From IMG/VR virus record IMGVR_UViG_3300032167_007731: DNA of 64,000 nt. One strand, given 5' to 3'. Both the position numbers and the translations under genes were made by a program. The DNA comes from an uncultured virus (IMG/VR IMGVR_UViG_3300032167_007731) (taxonomy: Duplodnaviria; Heunggongvirae; Uroviricota; Caudoviricetes). Positions within the stretch are counted from its first letter, which is position 1. Every line of letters begins with the position of its first letter. Under the pieces are notes generated by a model. It was not told the origin of the DNA, made no database searches, and worked only from the letters and a program-made list of their open reading frames with translations. Shown here piece by piece: positions 60,930-64,000 of the stretch.

Positions 60930-61214
60930 TTAATTTAAAGGACCACCTATACGAGTTCCAGGGTATATTGACATTATTTGATGGAGATATTTCATACAGT
61001 TCTTTTCACCACCAACAGCAGATAAATTATAACACAATTCTCCATCATAACATTTTACAAACGCTACACCTTTAACATAGATAGAAAACCATTCCATATA
61101 ATTACCCTGAATAAACTCAAAATCACCATCTTTATGACTTACTTTATCACTATTAAAACTTCTTTTTATTAATTCTTTTAAATTACCATTTATATCCATA
61201 ATTTTACACCTCAT
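60930..61214 (-). CDS. Small hypothetical protein
   Basis: 94 aa, coupled to the upstream gene. Confidence 0.5.
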   Translation of the reverse strand: MRCKIMDINGNLKELIKRSFNSDKVSHKDGDFEFIQGNYMEWFSIYVKGVAFVKCYDGELCYNLSAVGGEKNCMKYLHQIMSIYPGTRIGGPLN

Positions 61215-61654
61215 TATTTTAACATTTCTCTGTTTTTTATTGTTAAACGCCTATTTATTTTTGTATGAGCCTTTTTCATACAGTTTATAAAATTACCATT
61301 GAAGTAATCACATATTGGTATCTCTGCTTGATTTAATAAATTTATCATTTTCTTTAAGCAATCTCTATATTCCAATAAACGAATAAAATCATCTTTTGGC
61401 ATATTTAATATATCTTCTTTGGTTATATTAGGATAAACTATATAAGTAATAGGTTCTGTTGATTCTTTTGACATATAATCAGGTAATTTCAAATTTACTG
61501 TAAAATACTTTGAATAAAAATCACTTTTCCTTTCTGAAATCTCTATATAAGGAAAACCATTTGTATAAGATAAACTTAAAGACATTTTTAAGTCTGCTTG
61601 GTCTAAACGCTGAACAAAAGCATAACAAAATTGTTGTATTGCCATAAATACCAC
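61214..61654 (-). CDS. Hypothetical protein, tandem paralog family
   Basis: LNQAEIPICDYFNGNFINCMKKAHTKINRRL. Confidence 0.6.
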   Translation of the reverse strand: MVFMAIQQFCYAFVQRLDQADLKMSLSLSYTNGFPYIEISERKSDFYSKYFTVNLKLPDYMSKESTEPITYIVYPNITKEDILNMPKDDFIRLLEYRDCLKKMINLLNQAEIPICDYFNGNFINCMKKAHTKINRRLTIKNREMLK

Positions 61655-61748
61655 TCCTTTATTTATAAGGTAAAATTTGTTTCACGCCTGCTGGCACAAT
61701 TTATTACTCAATAGTAATAAAGAAACGCAAAATATATTTGATTGAAAT

Positions 61749-61953
61749 ATAGAAAGGAATAACTACTTGAAAGGTTTAAGGATTTTTGTGATAAATTAGT
61801 ATAAAATAAATGGAATTTTGTGAAAAATAAATAAAAATGGCTAATTATCAAACAACTGACATAATTTGTTTAACACTTAACCATTAACCACTTACACTAA
61901 ATTTACACTATTTTTACACTAAATTTATTTAATTGTTCTTTATTTCTCTCTAT
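61749..61953 (-). ncRNA. Candidate structured ncRNA (~205-nt imperfect rod)
   Basis: Nested complementary segments that pair best on the minus strand, using many G•U pairs. No ORF. Confidence 0.4.
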
Positions 61954-61966
61954 TATCTTTCTTTGA

Positions 61967-62230
61967 GTGGTTGGTTTGTGAAACAAACCAACCACGAGAA
62001 TTTATTAATTTATTTTTATTAGGGTGCGGGTTCGTGAAACGAACCCGCATTATATTTGATTTTTTAAATGATATAGATAATATTTACCACTCTTTTGAAT
62101 AATTGAACTTTTATACTACTATTACCCTTTTATTTGTATATTTATTTCACTTTTTCTAATTAGCCTATTTTTCCATATTATCTACTTACTTATTTATTAT
62201 AGTGGTTGGTTCGTGAAACGAACCAACCAC
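61967..62230. repeat. Three related perfect hairpins with GT-GAA-AC apex
   Basis: 61967-61995, 62025-62049, 62202-62230. Confidence 0.85.
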
Positions 62231-62253
62231 GCCTATTGGCACAAATATATTTT

Positions 62254-63138
62254 TTAATAACGCTGATATTTAGTTAATTTACGCTTGATTTTTTCCCAAT
62301 CATATTTATCATCATATTTTTTAACCCTTTTATATCTTTTGGTATATTCTGTATCATTATCTAAATACTCATCTGAAAATGTACCATAACACAACTGCAC
62401 TATTTCCTCTGATATTCTGGACATCTCTTTACAATAACTTACCAAAAAATTCTGAATTATATCTTTTACATCACAATCCATTTTATAACTTAAAATATGA
62501 GCAAATATATTCTTACCAGCAACACCCTTTATTACCTCACCACGAATAAATAAATCACCCTCACAAATTACTTCTCTTATATGTTCACAAACTCCATAAT
62601 CTAAAGGTGTCTTTATATCCACTATTATAGGTACATTAGGAACATTATCTATCAATAAATAATCCAAATCACCATCTATCTCTATTACTTGAAACTTCTT
62701 TGAAGTATCTGGAATTATACCCATTTTCTTTTGTTCATCTAATTGCTTTTTATGAACTTCTGGATAAGTCTGAACTTTCAAATCAATTTCTTCTTTTTCT
62801 TGACCTAAACTATTATATTTATTTAAACAACCATCTACAACCAAATTGCCACAACTTACTGCTTTATCTACATCACCTACTATTGTCATATTACCCTTAC
62901 AATAAATATTACGACATAAAGCATTTATTTCAAAACGAATAGGTACGCCATCCTCTAAACCTATTATTCTATAACCATCTGCATCATGGTCCTCTACATA
63001 CAATACATTATTACTTTGCAAAAACACACCTGTTATATGACGAGCACTACCATAATTATCTACCCACATTTTTGTACCATCATATTCTGGACCATATTTT
63101 GTCAATAACCATTGACGCTTGATATTTCTCAAATTCAT
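62254..63138 (-). CDS. Hypothetical protein (possible beta-solenoid segments)
   Basis: CKGNMTIVGDVDKAVSCGNLVVDG / ICEGDLFIRGEV. Confidence 0.5.
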   Translation of the reverse strand: MNLRNIKRQWLLTKYGPEYDGTKMWVDNYGSARHITGVFLQSNNVLYVEDHDADGYRIIGLEDGVPIRFEINALCRNIYCKGNMTIVGDVDKAVSCGNLVVDGCLNKYNSLGQEKEEIDLKVQTYPEVHKKQLDEQKKMGIIPDTSKKFQVIEIDGDLDYLLIDNVPNVPIIVDIKTPLDYGVCEHIREVICEGDLFIRGEVIKGVAGKNIFAHILSYKMDCDVKDIIQNFLVSYCKEMSRISEEIVQLCYGTFSDEYLDNDTEYTKRYKRVKKYDDKYDWEKIKRKLTKYQRY

Positions 63139-63256
63139 AAATAATCACCTTCAATCAATACTGAATATTTAATAATCATTACTATAATCACCAATAACTA
63201 TTACAACATTATATACATTGAAAGATATTATAACAAATTTTAAATTTTCCCCTATA

Positions 63257-63288
63257 ATTAATATTTAAACTGTAGCATTTTATGTCCA
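63257..63288 (-). promoter_or_regulatory. TGGACATAA promoter-like motif (weaker -10)
   Basis: Intergenic copy. Confidence 0.5.
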
Positions 63289-63353
63289 AAGAAAAAATCT
63301 GTTTATGTTTCAATATTTTATAATGCATGTTTTAAACTATTGAAAAATCAAAA

Positions 63354-63878
63354 TTAAGACCTCTTATAAACCTTATATTTTAAAATACAATTTCCTTTTA
63401 CTTTAGGGTCATAAACCTTACCAGTATTGTAATCATATCTTTTTTCATTTTCATCTATATATAAATAAGGACAAGGACTATTCAAAAAATAATGTCTATC
63501 CTTATAATAAGTAGAAGAACCATCTGTCATAGCATCTCTATATGCTTGTTCCTTATATTCTTCTGTATCAGTTATTTTTTTCCAACCTTCCATAACTGAT
63601 TTCTCTAAATCTGTTAATTCTCTCAAACCAACAGAATATACTTTCAAAGTTTCACCATCATACTCCACAAGAGAAGCATAATTCAAATCTAAAGTAGAAA
63701 TTCTACCATCTTTTTTCTTTAATTTTACATTCTTTGAACATACTTCAACAACAGGGCAAATATAATGGTCATCAGATTTCTTACCAAATCTTTCTAATAA
63801 CTCTAATCCCATTTTTCCTGTTGAAGCATCCCTTTTAAATTGAGCCAAAGTTAAAAATTTTTTAGCCATATTAAACAC
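63354..63878 (-). CDS. Hypothetical phage-like protein
   Basis: 174 aa; AYRDAMTDGSSTYY; GAGGTG RBS. Confidence 0.6.
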   Translation of the reverse strand: MFNMAKKFLTLAQFKRDASTGKMGLELLERFGKKSDDHYICPVVEVCSKNVKLKKKDGRISTLDLNYASLVEYDGETLKVYSVGLRELTDLEKSVMEGWKKITDTEEYKEQAYRDAMTDGSSTYYKDRHYFLNSPCPYLYIDENEKRYDYNTGKVYDPKVKGNCILKYKVYKRS

Positions 63879-63881
63879 CTC

Positions 63882-64000
63882 TTATCTATATTTCTGATGC
63901 CTTTTCCTCTCATACCAATTTTCATTTGGATACCAACCTATACTTTCTACAAAAGTACTCATAAAAATTTTTATAGGTTGAAAAACATTTTCATCTACAA
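63882..64000 (-). CDS. 3' end of a gene running off the window
   Basis: Open frame …VDENVFQPIKIFMSTFVESIGWYPNENWYERKRHQKYR*. Confidence 0.5.
   Translation of the reverse strand, partial: VDENVFQPIKIFMSTFVESIGWYPNENWYERKRHQKYR

Noticed and set aside
61967..62230. Possible CRISPR array from repeated palindromes
   Set aside because: Only three non-identical copies with irregular gaps (29 and 152 nt) and no cas genes.
177..62942. Plus-strand ORFs of 60-190 aa in the track (e.g. 1139..1711, 31529..32011, 18539..18829)
   Set aside because: All are antisense shadows of well-supported minus-strand genes, with no RBS or recognisable motifs.
8056..63878. Recurring N-termini such as MFFM, MIFM, MLFM, MVFM as a shared peptide motif
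   Set aside because: Artefact of the GTG within GGTG/GGAGTG Shine-Dalgarno sites being called as starts. The true start is the following ATG.
1..64000. Stop-codon reassignment, as seen in some gut jumbo phages
   Set aside because: Conserved genes are full length and densely packed in the standard code. TAA, TAG and TGA all appear as gene ends.
1..64000. tRNA, tmRNA or rRNA genes
   Set aside because: No cloverleaf or T-loop/CCA signatures were seen in the intergenic gaps. A covariance-model scan would be needed to exclude them fully.

Overview
Very AT-rich 64 kb segment in which essentially every credible gene is on the minus strand, tightly packed and readable in the standard bacterial code. 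Shine-Dalgarno sites and sigma-A promoters look like those of Firmicutes (Clostridia). No capsid, terminase, polymerase, rRNA, tRNA or CRISPR array is visible. The single-strand organisation, many orphan ORFs, five orphan DNA methyltransferases, a group I intron, a free-standing homing-type endonuclease and a polyvalent (LPD1-like) protein suggest an accessory region of a jumbo phage or other very large mobile element of a clostridial host (inference). Host-like cargo includes SmpB, MscS, a 1212-aa SLH/S-layer protein, ATP-dependent PEP carboxykinase and a large Ter stress-response cluster (3 TerD, AIM24, P-type ATPase, HAD, vWA, ATP-grasp, StiP, PRTase, HpcH/citrate-lyase-like). Most interesting observations: (1) a DUF2207-like membrane protein ending in a 10-Cys (CSS)n tail, translationally coupled to a radical SAM/SPASM enzyme, which may be a RiPP-like protein-modification system; (2) an ORF-less group I intron in the AIM24 gene whose frame-restoring junction breaks the U/omega-G rule by one nucleotide, next to a free-standing endonuclease; (3) an element-specific promoter-like motif TGGACATAA-N17-(-10) in six intergenic regions; (4) a 600-bp structured non-coding locus with a ~205-nt rod and three perfect GAA-loop hairpins; (5) several apparently catalytically dead enzymes, including a stand-alone Hint domain; (6) a six-member tandem paralog family of unknown function. 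All family calls come from motif recognition by eye, not from database searches.
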